A DNA stretch of 64,000 nucleotides from NCBI GenBank assembly GCA_014728035.1, contig WJMJ01000018.1, forward strand, positions 1-64,000, written 5' to 3'. This document shows, piece after piece, positions 31,201 through 41,684 of the stretch. Position 1 is the first letter of the stretch; each line of letters starts with the position of its first letter. Source of the stretch: Promethearchaeota archaeon. Lineage in GTDB: Archaea > Asgardarchaeota > Thorarchaeia > Thorarchaeales > Thorarchaeaceae. The translations under genes were made by a program, and so were the position numbers. The notes below the pieces were generated by a model. It searched no databases, was not told the origin of the DNA, and saw only the letters and a list, made by a program, of their open reading frames with translations.

Positions 31201-31229
31201 AAAAAAAGCCTGGAATGCAACCCAGGCTT
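31201..31229 (-). terminator. Hairpin plus U-tract
   Basis: AAGCCTGG/CCAGGCTT stem running into a T run on the minus strand, downstream of ORF 31243-31611. Confidence 0.55.
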
Positions 31230-31242
31230 GAATCTTGAATAA

Positions 31243-31611
31243 CTAATTGACGAATTTGGATTTGACATCTTCTGTATTTAGATAGATAACAATAATCAGG
31301 CTGATTATGACGCCACCCCAATTTTGGCCTACAATGCCAAAAAGGATACTTAGAATATTTATGATGAACGACCACATCCACGCCCATTCTTCAAGTCCCC
31401 AGAGCCCTTTGCCAACATAAAAGGAAAGAAAGCCAAGAATAAGCAGAACGGGACCGACAATCCAACCAAATATTGGGATTATCAAAATTAAAAGACCCAC
31501 AGCAATCATGAATAGTCCTGCCAGAATTTGTAGGAATCCCAAAATTGTGATACCAAAAGGACGCTCATCGGTCTCATCATAACTATCAGAAGGCATAGGA
31601 ATTTCAGACAT
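31243..31611 (-). CDS. Small membrane protein (RPxGxT...WAW type)
   Basis: RPFGITIL, GLWGLEEWAW and IVIYL...VK pattern; about 4 TM helices. Confidence 0.7.
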   Translation of the reverse strand: MSEIPMPSDSYDETDERPFGITILGFLQILAGLFMIAVGLLILIIPIFGWIVGPVLLILGFLSFYVGKGLWGLEEWAWMWSFIINILSILFGIVGQNWGGVIISLIIVIYLNTEDVKSKFVN

Positions 31612-31724
31612 TATTACCAGTTGAAAGATAGTAAATTATCTTATTTAAACCAATGCGATGTAACAGTGATGATTAAGATGATTTCTTAGCACTGCAAAGA
31701 CATAATTGTACAAATCATCAAGTC

Positions 31725-33311
31725 ATGAAGAGGTTATTTTCAATGGGAGACTTTACAGAATTAATGGGTGCTGCTAGCGCAGGACATCTCGGTAATGTTG
31801 AAAGGTTGCTGAAAATGGGTCAAGATCCTAATGCCAGAAGATTGTCGGGAAGAACTGCCTTGATGTATGCAGCATTCAGTGGGTCGGTTCCTGTCGTTAA
31901 GAAACTAGTGGAAGTCGGCGCAGAGATTGATGCTCGTGATAATAAAGGTTGGACCGCATTAATGGTCGCCATTGACCAAGGATACTTTGAAGTTGCGAAA
32001 GCTCTGGTAGAATTAGGAGCTGATACAAACGTTTCAACTGATAGAAATCAGACTCCTCTTATGTTAGCTGCAGGACTAGGTAAGATGGATATAGCAGTTT
32101 ATCTCCTAGAAAACGGAGCTGATCCCGCCATTGCTCGAGTTGATGGTTTTTCGGTGCTAATGGCAGCATGCCAAGGAAATCAGCTGAAACTAGCCAAAAT
32201 CTTGGTTGAGCAATATAATTGTGATGTTAATACAATAGCTGATGATGGGTGGAGTGCTCTTTCCTATGCGATACAATATGCAGATGATAAATGTGTGCTG
32301 TACCTGCTTGAGAACGGTGCAGAACCAAGATGGGAAAATGAATCGCAAAACGAATTGATCGAAAAAATTATTGAAAACGGAAATATTGAGATTATTGGAA
32401 AAATCCTAGACACAGGAGCTAATATTGAAACAAGACTTCGTCGAGGATGGACCCCATTTATGGTAGCTGTTGAAAAAAGCTCCATTGAAACTGTTGAATA
32501 TCTAATATCGAAAGGTGCAAATATAGACGCAACAACAAAAGAGGGATTCACTCCTATAATAATCGCCGCTGAGATGGGTCGAAAAGAAGTTGTTGATATC
32601 TTGCTAGATAATGAAGCGAACTTCATGGCTAGCAGCACTGGCGGCTACACCAGTCTAATGGCAGCATCAGCTGGTGGATTGGTAGACTTTGTCAAGTTCT
32701 TAATTGACAATAATGAAGAACCTACTTACTCGACAAGAAGCGGATGGACTCCTATTGCATTTGCGACGCAAAATGGACAAGTGGATGTCATCGAGATTCT
32801 TATAGAAAAAGGAGCTGAAATCGACCCTCAAGATGACAAAGGATACACACCATTGTTGATAGCAATTCTTAAGGATGATGTCAAATGCGCTCGTAAACTA
32901 ATTGAACTCGGTGCAAATTTGGAGATACCTGACAAAGAAGGATGGACACCTTTGATTAGTGCTGCATCAAGGGGATTAAAGGAAATCACAGATGTTCTTG
33001 TAGAAAAAGGAGCTGATACGAAATACCGAAGGCCAAATGGTTATGGCTTGTTAATGGCAGCGTCTGTGGGAGGTCTCACGGACCTTGTAAAACTTGCACT
33101 TGAAGAGGGCAGTGATATCAATGAGATTGATGGTGATAGTGTGACTGCGCTTATCTATGCAGCTGAAAACGGTAACCTCGACACTGTGAAATTTCTTATT
33201 GAACATGGTGCAGATCCGAAAATCACTGATAATCAAGGAAATAATGCCTTGGAATGTGCTCGGGCTGTAGGACAACCTGAAGTTATTGAGTTTCTTGAAG
33301 ATTATTATTGA
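31725..33311 (+). CDS. Ankyrin repeat protein (~15-16 repeats)
   Basis: Repeated G-x-T-[AP]-L-x-x-A...G...LL..GA units at ~33-aa period. Confidence 0.95.
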   Translation: MKRLFSMGDFTELMGAASAGHLGNVERLLKMGQDPNARRLSGRTALMYAAFSGSVPVVKKLVEVGAEIDARDNKGWTALMVAIDQGYFEVAKALVELGADTNVSTDRNQTPLMLAAGLGKMDIAVYLLENGADPAIARVDGFSVLMAACQGNQLKLAKILVEQYNCDVNTIADDGWSALSYAIQYADDKCVLYLLENGAEPRWENESQNELIEKIIENGNIEIIGKILDTGANIETRLRRGWTPFMVAVEKSSIETVEYLISKGANIDATTKEGFTPIIIAAEMGRKEVVDILLDNEANFMASSTGGYTSLMAASAGGLVDFVKFLIDNNEEPTYSTRSGWTPIAFATQNGQVDVIEILIEKGAEIDPQDDKGYTPLLIAILKDDVKCARKLIELGANLEIPDKEGWTPLISAASRGLKEITDVLVEKGADTKYRRPNGYGLLMAASVGGLTDLVKLALEEGSDINEIDGDSVTALIYAAENGNLDTVKFLIEHGADPKITDNQGNNALECARAVGQPEVIEFLEDYY

Positions 33312-33352
33312 AATGTGCAGGGAGGAGTATAAAGAAACTCATCTCATGTTGA

Positions 33353-34876
33353 CTAATTCATCAATATTTGTGACGCCTCAAAAGCATAGTCTAATAGAAC
33401 TCCAGGAAAGATGAATAGAATAATTATAGCCAAAGTAGAGATTATCACAGCAAACAGTGGTATCCGTGGTAATTGCATCCTCTCCACAGGTTCATCTAAT
33501 TCTTCACTGAATATCCCTTCATCCATATAGGTAACTTTCAGGATTCGTAGGTAATAACCTAATGAGAATACTGAGTTAAGCAATCCAATAAGGGCAAGCC
33601 ACCAGAAACCAACTTCAACTGCACTCTGGAATAAAATCAATTTAGACCAGAATCCTGCAGTCAATGGCATACCCGCCAAGGATAATACTAAGATTGCAAG
33701 AGATGCTGCGGCAATAGGAGATTTTCTACTTAGCCCCTTCAAATCATCATATGTGACTTGTTTTCCAAGTCTGATAGTTATGGACCAGATTAAAATGAAT
33801 ATTCCAGTCTTCATAATCGCATGGATAAATGCATGAAAGAGCGCGGCTGAAGCACCAAATTCGGTTCCTGCAGCAATACCTATGAAAAGATAACCCATCA
33901 TAGCAATACTCGAATATGCAAGCATCTTCATGATATTTTGTTCGGAGAGAGCTAGTAAGTTTCCAATAATCATAGTCAGTATCGATACGATTACTAAAAG
34001 TGGCATCCATTCTAATCTAGCTGTGAACATACCTACCATAAGTATCTGAATCAGCGCTGCTATTCCAGCTTTCTTTGTTGCACCAGCAAGATATGCGGTA
34101 ATACTTCCATCTGCAGTGCTGTACGTATCTGGCACCCACATCCACCCAGGAAATACTCCAATTTTGAAGCCAAAAGCTATGATGAAGGTAATCAAGGCCA
34201 AAATGATTGCATATGCTGCTGCGGGTGATACTGAAGATTCAGCCCATATAATAGTAATAGTGGTACCAATTGCTGATAGAGAGGTGACTCCAGTAACACC
34301 AATGATGATAGCGATTCCAAATATTAGAAAAGTAGTCGACAACAATCCCATTACAAAATACTTTGTAGCACCATCAACAGCACCACGATGGGGACCTAAA
34401 GCTACAAGTATGTATGTTGGTGTTGACATTAGTTCCCATGCAATGAAAAGAGCAACAATATCGGTTGCCATAACAACCCATATAGCTCCAGCAAATGACA
34501 TCAGCAAGAGGAAATTATAGGGACCTTTGTCCCCTCCAAATAATGTTGAAGACATCAAGACAAAAACAGCCACGACAAGAATCATGACTATGAAGAAATC
34601 AGAAAATGTGTTTCTTACAAATAGACCTCCAAAAGAAAAGCCATACGTTGCAGAATCGAAAATAAGGACCCAAATTCCAGATGTAATAACTCCAATAAAG
34701 CTGAGAGGTAAAGGATTCTTCTTCATTCCTACTAACAGAACTAGTAAAGAGAAACTCACTAGAGTCAGAGCTGGCAGAGACCCAACCCAATCAACTGGTA
34801 CTATTTGAAGAATGATATCACGCACTGGTGCTAAGACCAGTCTAACAGAATCCAAGATTGATGTGAATTGTAACAT
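33353..34876 (-). CDS. nuoN: Complex I-like antiporter subunit N
   Basis: WELMS, ATKYF, FKIGVFP..WVPDTY, ATKKAG and GFWSK. Confidence 0.88.
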   Translation of the reverse strand: MLQFTSILDSVRLVLAPVRDIILQIVPVDWVGSLPALTLVSFSLLVLLVGMKKNPLPLSFIGVITSGIWVLIFDSATYGFSFGGLFVRNTFSDFFIVMILVVAVFVLMSSTLFGGDKGPYNFLLLMSFAGAIWVVMATDIVALFIAWELMSTPTYILVALGPHRGAVDGATKYFVMGLLSTTFLIFGIAIIIGVTGVTSLSAIGTTITIIWAESSVSPAAAYAIILALITFIIAFGFKIGVFPGWMWVPDTYSTADGSITAYLAGATKKAGIAALIQILMVGMFTARLEWMPLLVIVSILTMIIGNLLALSEQNIMKMLAYSSIAMMGYLFIGIAAGTEFGASAALFHAFIHAIMKTGIFILIWSITIRLGKQVTYDDLKGLSRKSPIAAASLAILVLSLAGMPLTAGFWSKLILFQSAVEVGFWWLALIGLLNSVFSLGYYLRILKVTYMDEGIFSEELDEPVERMQLPRIPLFAVIISTLAIIILFIFPGVLLDYAFEASQILMN

Positions 34877-36393
34877 TATGGAACACCTCCAACTATGAAG
34901 TCTGCTGATGCACGTATCAAATCCAGAATAAGATCAGGCCAGACTCCAAGGAGAATAACAGGAATTAACATGATTATAGGAGCAATTAGATCAGACCATG
35001 GAGCATCTTCAACGTCTTTTTCAGGGTCAGGTTCACTGAAGACTATTCGATTCAGTGTCCATAGTAAATAACCTACAGTGAGAAATATTCCGAATGCAAT
35101 CACTGGCGCCCAGATATATACTACTACTGATCCAAATATGATCAAGGCCTCTGCAACAAACCCACTAAGTCCAGGCAAACCAAATGCTGCAAATGATGCG
35201 AGTATTAGAACTGCGGACATCTTCGGTGCCTTTGTCATAAGACCTTGAATATCAGGAATCTCCCGTGTTCCAGCTGCATATTTCAATTGTCCCGCCATAA
35301 TGAACATGACTGAGATAATGACTCCATGAGACACCATCATGAAGACAGCTCCTTGGATTGCTAGACTTGTTCCTACCGCAACTCCAAGTAGTACCCAAGA
35401 CATATGATTGATGGAAGTATAAGCTACCATGGATTTCATATCGGTCTGAGCTAGTGCAGTGAATGCAGCATAGATGCAAGTGAAAATAGCAAGAATTGCA
35501 AATGGAATGCTTAGCTGTACAAATGCATCTGGTATAAGCCAGAGACCCAATCGAATGAAGCCATACCCACCCATTTTCAACAATATTCCCGCAAGGATAA
35601 CAGAGCCAGGTGTGGGTGCTTTCACATGAGCCCAAGGAAGCCAATTGTGTAATGGGAAGATAGGTAGTTTCACTCCTGCACCCATAAAGACGGCTAATGC
35701 GAATCCAATCTGGATATCGATGGGGAGACCCATTTCTCTTAGTAATAGCATATTGAACGTGTGAGGAGTTGAAACAAAGAACAGGACAAAGAATCCAACC
35801 AACATCACTGCAGAGCCAAGATGTGTGTAGATGAAGAACTTGATAGCTGCATGTTGACTACCTTCTTCACCCCATCTACCAATGATAAAGAACATGGGAA
35901 TCAGAACGAGTTCCCAGAAGATGAAGAACCCAATCAAGTCCAAGGACATAAAGACTCCAAGTAGACCTGACTGTAGAAGAAGTATAAGAGCATAGTAGAG
36001 GCCTTTTGATTTGTTAATGTGATTAGAACTGATTGTTGCTATGAGAACTACAAGATTTGCTAAGATGACCATAGCAACTGAGATTCCATCAACTCCCAAA
36101 TACAACTGAAAGGAGATATCAGAAGAGCCTGTGGTAAGAGTTGCAAACGTGTACTCCCATAAGAATTGCATTCCAGCAAAGGGGTCTCCTTCTGCGTAAG
36201 TTGTGGTAATGGAGAATGCTAGGACAAAAGCTAGCACCAGTTCAATTGATGTAATCAGAAGTGCTATGCCACGAGACCCCCTCGAACCTGCAAAGTATGC
36301 TATGATTGATCCCAGGATTGGTAAGACAACCATCAGTGGAAGGATGTCGTAAGGCAATAAACCCAGAATTGTTTGTACAATATCACTCTGCAT
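34876..36393 (-). CDS. nuoM: Complex I-like antiporter subunit M
   Basis: GVDGIS, FWELVLIPM, VKLPIFPLHNWLP, LAGILLKMGGYG and GFVAE. Confidence 0.9.
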   Translation of the reverse strand: MQSDIVQTILGLLPYDILPLMVVLPILGSIIAYFAGSRGSRGIALLITSIELVLAFVLAFSITTTYAEGDPFAGMQFLWEYTFATLTTGSSDISFQLYLGVDGISVAMVILANLVVLIATISSNHINKSKGLYYALILLLQSGLLGVFMSLDLIGFFIFWELVLIPMFFIIGRWGEEGSQHAAIKFFIYTHLGSAVMLVGFFVLFFVSTPHTFNMLLLREMGLPIDIQIGFALAVFMGAGVKLPIFPLHNWLPWAHVKAPTPGSVILAGILLKMGGYGFIRLGLWLIPDAFVQLSIPFAILAIFTCIYAAFTALAQTDMKSMVAYTSINHMSWVLLGVAVGTSLAIQGAVFMMVSHGVIISVMFIMAGQLKYAAGTREIPDIQGLMTKAPKMSAVLILASFAAFGLPGLSGFVAEALIIFGSVVVYIWAPVIAFGIFLTVGYLLWTLNRIVFSEPDPEKDVEDAPWSDLIAPIIMLIPVILLGVWPDLILDLIRASADFIVGGVP

Positions 36394-38586
36394 TTAGATT
36401 ACCCCCAGCCAAATCAATGCGATAATCGCCATGAGTCCAACACCAAAGATAATGACACTAACATAGTCATTCACTCGACCTGTTTGTGCATGTTGACTGA
36501 ACTCAGATGCTTCCACGCTACGGCTCGATACGCCCTCGGCAAACCCATCAACCACATTATCATCAAACCACCGTATCCTTCTAGACAGTCCAATAGCTAG
36601 ATCCGCTGAACGGAAATCAATTCCATCGATAATTCGATTGTCAATTCTTTCTCTCCACCAATTAGCAAAGGAAAGGATTTTTTTCAATATCCAATAGTAT
36701 GCTTCGTTGATATACCAACGATGACGTAGAAAGTTGTAAACTCTTCTTCTAAAGCCATTTTCAGGAATGACTGCATTTGGTGTGTCAGCACCCTTGATGT
36801 AAATAAGATACCCAGGAATACCACCCAGAGCTAATGCACCAAGCGTGATAGTAAACGGTACAAGGCCCGGCATGGTCAATTTAACCAATATCATCTCAAG
36901 CATCGTTTCAGACCATAGAGATGCTGTTAGTACCCCTTCCTCCAATACAATACCTTGAACAAACGGATAGACTGTAAATGCAACGACAGTAAATGCTGCA
37001 AGAATATACAGTGGAACCATCATTGCTGGTCCTGGGTCATGTGGCGTTTGATGGTGGCTTTCTTCTTGTTCATCATCTGCTGAATCTTCCTGTTCAAAGT
37101 TGGAAGAGCCATAGAATGTCATACCCATGAGTCGGAAACTATAGAATATCGTACATGCAGCAGCAACGACTGCAAATGCAAAGAGAACCCATCCTAGTGT
37201 GTTATGTAGTGCAAGCTCGTAAGTGTATTCAATAATAGAATCTTTTGACCAGAATCCTGAGAATGGGGGTAAACCAGAAAGAGCAAGGACCCCTATCCAC
37301 ATCACAATGAAGGTTTTCCGCATATGCTTTTTGAGACCTCCCATCTTGGTCATATATTTCGTATGAACCCCATGAATCACACCACCTGCTGCTAGAAACA
37401 GTAGAGCTTTGAATACCCCATGGCTGATAACATGAAGAATGCTTGAGAGATATGCATGTTCATAATGAGTCAATAGGCCACCTACACCAATAGCCAGCAT
37501 CATATATCCTAACTGACTCAAAGTCGAAAACGCAAGGACTTGTTTTAGCTCATTTGAAACCATACCCATAGTAGCAGTCATGAGTGCAGTAATAGCACCG
37601 ATAATAGCAACTACTGTAAAGAAGGGCAAGGCTGCTTCAAATCCAATAATCTGTAACGGGGCAAAAATCGATTCAGCATGACTTCCTCCTGCAGCTTCTA
37701 CCATGGTCACAAGAAACCTAGCGCTTATGTAGATACCAGCTTTTACCATTGTGGCTGCGTGAATCAATGCAGATACAGCAGTTGGTCCTGCCATAGCTTC
37801 GGGTAACCAGACCTGCAGAGGTGCTTGACCAGATTTTCCAATTGCGCCCATGAACAATAGTAAGAATGTAGGGACTAACATACCAGTAGATGCCATCACA
37901 CTCCACCAATGTTGGGCATCATGAGACATCTCGGTAAATGAAAAGGTTCCAGTAAAGACGAAGAGAAGAAGAATGCCTCCTAGCATGAATGCATCTCCAA
38001 TTCGAGTAACGATGAATGCTTTTGTTCCGCAATGTGTGTTGTATTCACCTTCGGTCTCAAAGTTCAGTAGTGGGTTATCAGAATCGATGTCTGAAGGGTC
38101 GGTTTCAGGAGGATTTCGTTTGTCATTCCAGAAACCAATGAGGCCGTAAGAACAGAAGCCCATTATCTCCCACCCAATAAAAGCGATAAGTAGGCTATCG
38201 CTGAGAACTAATGTAAGCATTCCACCACCAAAAGCAAGCATAAGAAAGAAGAATCTATCACGGTCCTCTTCATGCGCCATGTATTCAGTACTATATACAT
38301 AAATCAGAAAACATAATGTGCTTGCCAATATAGCCATGATGACTGATAGTGGATCTAGAAGAACTGAAAATTCTAAGTTCATAGATTCAATCCAAAGCCA
38401 AGATGTTGTGGTTGCAGGATTATTAATCTCAAATAGTAAGGACCAGCAAAAAGCCATAGCTATACCCATAATGATAGCGGGGGTCCAGTCACGTATTTTT
38501 TCACTGAATTTTCCAACAAGTGGAACTAGTAAAGATCCTGCTAAGGGTAATACAAGAATCAAGTAGTAGGGTAGTCCAAACAACAT
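36394..38586 (-). CDS. nuoL: Complex I-like antiporter subunit L
   Basis: GWEIMG, GKSGQAPL..WLPEAMAGPTAVSALIHAATMV, GFWSKD and a C-terminal lateral helix ending QTGRV. Confidence 0.9.
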   Translation of the reverse strand: MLFGLPYYLILVLPLAGSLLVPLVGKFSEKIRDWTPAIIMGIAMAFCWSLLFEINNPATTTSWLWIESMNLEFSVLLDPLSVIMAILASTLCFLIYVYSTEYMAHEEDRDRFFFLMLAFGGGMLTLVLSDSLLIAFIGWEIMGFCSYGLIGFWNDKRNPPETDPSDIDSDNPLLNFETEGEYNTHCGTKAFIVTRIGDAFMLGGILLLFVFTGTFSFTEMSHDAQHWWSVMASTGMLVPTFLLLFMGAIGKSGQAPLQVWLPEAMAGPTAVSALIHAATMVKAGIYISARFLVTMVEAAGGSHAESIFAPLQIIGFEAALPFFTVVAIIGAITALMTATMGMVSNELKQVLAFSTLSQLGYMMLAIGVGGLLTHYEHAYLSSILHVISHGVFKALLFLAAGGVIHGVHTKYMTKMGGLKKHMRKTFIVMWIGVLALSGLPPFSGFWSKDSIIEYTYELALHNTLGWVLFAFAVVAAACTIFYSFRLMGMTFYGSSNFEQEDSADDEQEESHHQTPHDPGPAMMVPLYILAAFTVVAFTVYPFVQGIVLEEGVLTASLWSETMLEMILVKLTMPGLVPFTITLGALALGGIPGYLIYIKGADTPNAVIPENGFRRRVYNFLRHRWYINEAYYWILKKILSFANWWRERIDNRIIDGIDFRSADLAIGLSRRIRWFDDNVVDGFAEGVSSRSVEASEFSQHAQTGRVNDYVSVIIFGVGLMAIIALIWLGVI

Positions 38587-38597
38587 ATCATATCACC

Positions 38598-40109
38598 TCA
38601 TGGGAGAAGTCCACTTACTCCTTCTAAACCGCTGAGTATAATATCCAAGGCTACACCTGGGAAGATTCCAAAGAACACAATTAACACTCCTAGGATAATC
38701 ATTGGAATGACCATGGAACGGGGTGCTTCAGATACATCTTCAAGTTCATCTGGGTGAGTTCCTAGAAATACCCTCCAGAGAAACCGCAACATGTATCCAG
38801 CACTAACAATCGAACTTGAAACAGCTAAAACGCTAAGAATGAGAAACTCAGGCCGAAGAATTCCAGAAGATGAGACCAGAGCTGCATCAAAACCACCTAG
38901 AAACATCATCCATTCACTTGCGAACCCGGATAATGGAGGACTACCAGCAATACTCATAGCTCCAATAGCTGCTGTAAAAGCAGTGAGGGGCATCTTATTT
39001 GATAGCCCACCCATCTTTGTAATATCACGAAGTCCAGTCTGGTGAATGACAGCTCCAGCAGCCATAAACAATAGTCCTTTGGAGAAAGCATGATTGATTA
39101 GATGGAATAATCCGCCACTAACACCCATAGTTGTATAGACTCCTAGTGAAAACAAAATGTATCCCATCTGTGAAACAGAAGAATAGGCTAGAAGACGCTT
39201 GATATCAATCTGAGCCAAAGCCATGAAACCACCATAGAACATGGTCAGCACTCCGATAACTGCAATCCAAAATGAAAGTGCTGCTGCTGCAGGACCAAGT
39301 AAAATCGACCCGAAACGAACAAGTGCATATGCACCAGTTTCAATCATAGCTCCTGAAAGAAGAACAGAAATTGGAGTTGGAGCTTCAGCATGTACAGGTG
39401 GTAACCACCAATGAATGGGAAAGACTGCCATTTTGACTAAGAATCCAGCAGCCATAAGTATGAAGATAATCTTGAGCAGGTCAGTAACTGCAGAACCAGC
39501 CAATGCAGTCTGAATAACTTGTAATTCAAAAGAGCCTGTGAGCATATAGAGGAAGCCAAAACCTACCAAAATGCACAGAGCGCCCGATTGAGTATATAAC
39601 CAGAACTTCATTGCGGTGCGCTTGCGAGTTTCAGGAAGTCCCCAGAAAAGTATCAGAAAGTAACTTGGAACAAGCATTATTTCCCAAGCGATAAAGAATT
39701 CGATGAGATTTGTTGCTAGAACCACCCACTGCATGCCCATTAGAAAGAAGAGTTGATTTGCAAAGAAAGTGGGTTTATTCTTCGTGTGATCAGTATATCC
39801 GACTGCATAAACCACTGATAGAAAACCAAGAACAACTATGGCAAATACAATAGGAAATGAAACTCCATCTAAGAATAGAGCAAATTCACCAAATACCGCA
39901 GACCACGTTGCAGCTTCTTTTGCAACCCCGCCCTCAATCATGACTCGATAAAATGGTAGAATCATCAATACCATCGAAGCAAATGAAAACCCAACTGCCA
40001 CTTTTCCAGCTGAAGTCTCTAATCGAGATTTGAGGAGATAGATTAACAGAGCTCCTACAAAGAGAACAGCAAGTGAGCTACCCATAAATGGAAAGTTCAC
40101 GAATTGCAC
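38598..40109 (-). CDS. Additional (fourth) NuoM/MrpD-like antiporter subunit
   Basis: WEIMLVP, VKMAVFPIHWWLP..HAEAPTP, KRLLAYSS and GFASE. Probable GTG start overlapping the nuoI stop (ORF track start 40133). Confidence 0.85.
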   Translation of the reverse strand: MQFVNFPFMGSSLAVLFVGALLIYLLKSRLETSAGKVAVGFSFASMVLMILPFYRVMIEGGVAKEAATWSAVFGEFALFLDGVSFPIVFAIVVLGFLSVVYAVGYTDHTKNKPTFFANQLFFLMGMQWVVLATNLIEFFIAWEIMLVPSYFLILFWGLPETRKRTAMKFWLYTQSGALCILVGFGFLYMLTGSFELQVIQTALAGSAVTDLLKIIFILMAAGFLVKMAVFPIHWWLPPVHAEAPTPISVLLSGAMIETGAYALVRFGSILLGPAAAALSFWIAVIGVLTMFYGGFMALAQIDIKRLLAYSSVSQMGYILFSLGVYTTMGVSGGLFHLINHAFSKGLLFMAAGAVIHQTGLRDITKMGGLSNKMPLTAFTAAIGAMSIAGSPPLSGFASEWMMFLGGFDAALVSSSGILRPEFLILSVLAVSSSIVSAGYMLRFLWRVFLGTHPDELEDVSEAPRSMVIPMIILGVLIVFFGIFPGVALDIILSGLEGVSGLLP

Positions 40110-40540
40110 TAGCGAAACCTCCGTCCTCGCCATTCTAAAGGTTCACGGTCAAGGGTGGTAATCTTATCTGGTCCATAGAGTAAATCTTCACGTTCTCCTT
40201 CGCTGATATCAACAACTTTCGTGTGATAGAGTGCTTCAAATCTACAAGCTTGAACACAGAGCCCACAGAATATACACCGGGTATAATCAAAGTACAATGC
40301 AGCATCTTTCTCATACTTTTGATCAGCTGTGTCAATTGATATAGCTACAACCGGACATGCACGAACACACTGTTTGCATGCTGTACAATTCTCTCTGACA
40401 TGAATGTGTCTACCACGAGTCCGTTCAGGATAGTCTCTATCTTCGAAGGGATAGAAGTAGGTGAAGGGTCTCTTGAAGATCTGTCTGAATACATTTTTAA
40501 GTATTTGAAATATATCACCTAGCGTTGAGAAGAATCCCAT
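40109..40540 (-). CDS. nuoI: Complex I-like 2[4Fe-4S] subunit I
   Basis: T..YP.E...RTRG, CTACKQCVRACP and CIFCGLCVQAC; ATG 40540 with GGAGG RBS. Confidence 0.9.
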   Translation of the reverse strand: MGFFSTLGDIFQILKNVFRQIFKRPFTYFYPFEDRDYPERTRGRHIHVRENCTACKQCVRACPVVAISIDTADQKYEKDAALYFDYTRCIFCGLCVQACRFEALYHTKVVDISEGEREDLLYGPDKITTLDREPLEWRGRRFR

Positions 40541-40545
40541 TATTT

Positions 40546-41676
40546 TCAACCTCCGAGAAGCAGCAATCCGGCTAATCCCGGAATATACACAATAGCAAGC
40601 ATTGCTAGCACGACATTGAGTATCGAAAGTGGTAGCAGATATTTCCAACAGTACTCTACAATCTGGTCAGGTCTCAATCGATAGAAAGATGAAGTGACAA
40701 CTATGTAGAGAAAGAAAACGATTAAAAATTTGATAATGAAGTTCATAGCTGGAGGAAGGAAAGGTAATCCAAATGACCCTCCAAAGAACAATGCAACCAT
40801 CATAGCACTGTATAGCATCTGTTCTGCAAATTCAGCAAAATAAGTCATAGTGAAATAAATTCCTGTAAACTCAGTTCTCCATCCAAAAATAATCTCTGAG
40901 TCAGCTACCGGTGAATCGAAGGGGAATGTTCCAACAGATGCGATAGAACTAACCATGAAAGTCACTAGGTTGATGGGGAGTAAAAGAACAAACCAGATAC
41001 TGTTCTGAGCTTGTGCTATACCCATTAAGCTTAGAGACCCAGCCAACATTGCAGGACCTACTGACGAGATTATCATGGGAATCTCCGCAGCAAATTGATT
41101 GTTTGCTGCTCTAAAACCCCCAATGAGAGAATATTTCGATCCGGATACCCAACCTGCTAAGAGTGCAATTACTGGTACTGCAGTTAGAAAGGCAAAGATT
41201 AGAACAAGACTAACACTGAGGTCGGCAATAAACCAAGTTGGAGACCAAGGTATGAATGCAAATGGTAGTAGAACTATCACTAATAGCAAACACGGAAGAA
41301 ATCTGAACATCCAGCGTTTTGCCTTGTCAGGGATAATGGTCTCTTTTGAAACCAGCTTGATTGCATCTGCGAACAACTGGAATCCTCCAAATTTACCAAT
41401 ATGAAATGGTCCTCGTCTGTCTTGTATCCGCCCCCACATTTTCCGGGTGAACCAGACAGAAAAAATAATTCCCAGTACAATAAATACGAGACCAGGAAAG
41501 AGTATGGCCCTGAAAAGAAACCAAAAGTTATCAATGACTGCTGCCCAAGCAAATACAAAGATTCCCCAGATGCCATTGAAGACCCAGACAATGATTCCGT
41601 GTAACCACATAATGACATCATATAGCCAAGTTGGAATGCCTGCAAGCCATTGAAAGAAATCTATCTGTAACATCAT
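40546..41676 (-). CDS. nuoH: Complex I-like subunit H
   Basis: RIQDRRGP, QLFADAIKLVSKE, SKYSLIGGFR, PFD and RLRPDQ. Confidence 0.9.
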   Translation of the reverse strand: MMLQIDFFQWLAGIPTWLYDVIMWLHGIIVWVFNGIWGIFVFAWAAVIDNFWFLFRAILFPGLVFIVLGIIFSVWFTRKMWGRIQDRRGPFHIGKFGGFQLFADAIKLVSKETIIPDKAKRWMFRFLPCLLLVIVLLPFAFIPWSPTWFIADLSVSLVLIFAFLTAVPVIALLAGWVSGSKYSLIGGFRAANNQFAAEIPMIISSVGPAMLAGSLSLMGIAQAQNSIWFVLLLPINLVTFMVSSIASVGTFPFDSPVADSEIIFGWRTEFTGIYFTMTYFAEFAEQMLYSAMMVALFFGGSFGLPFLPPAMNFIIKFLIVFFLYIVVTSSFYRLRPDQIVEYCWKYLLPLSILNVVLAMLAIVYIPGLAGLLLLGG

Positions 41677-41684
41677 AATCACTC

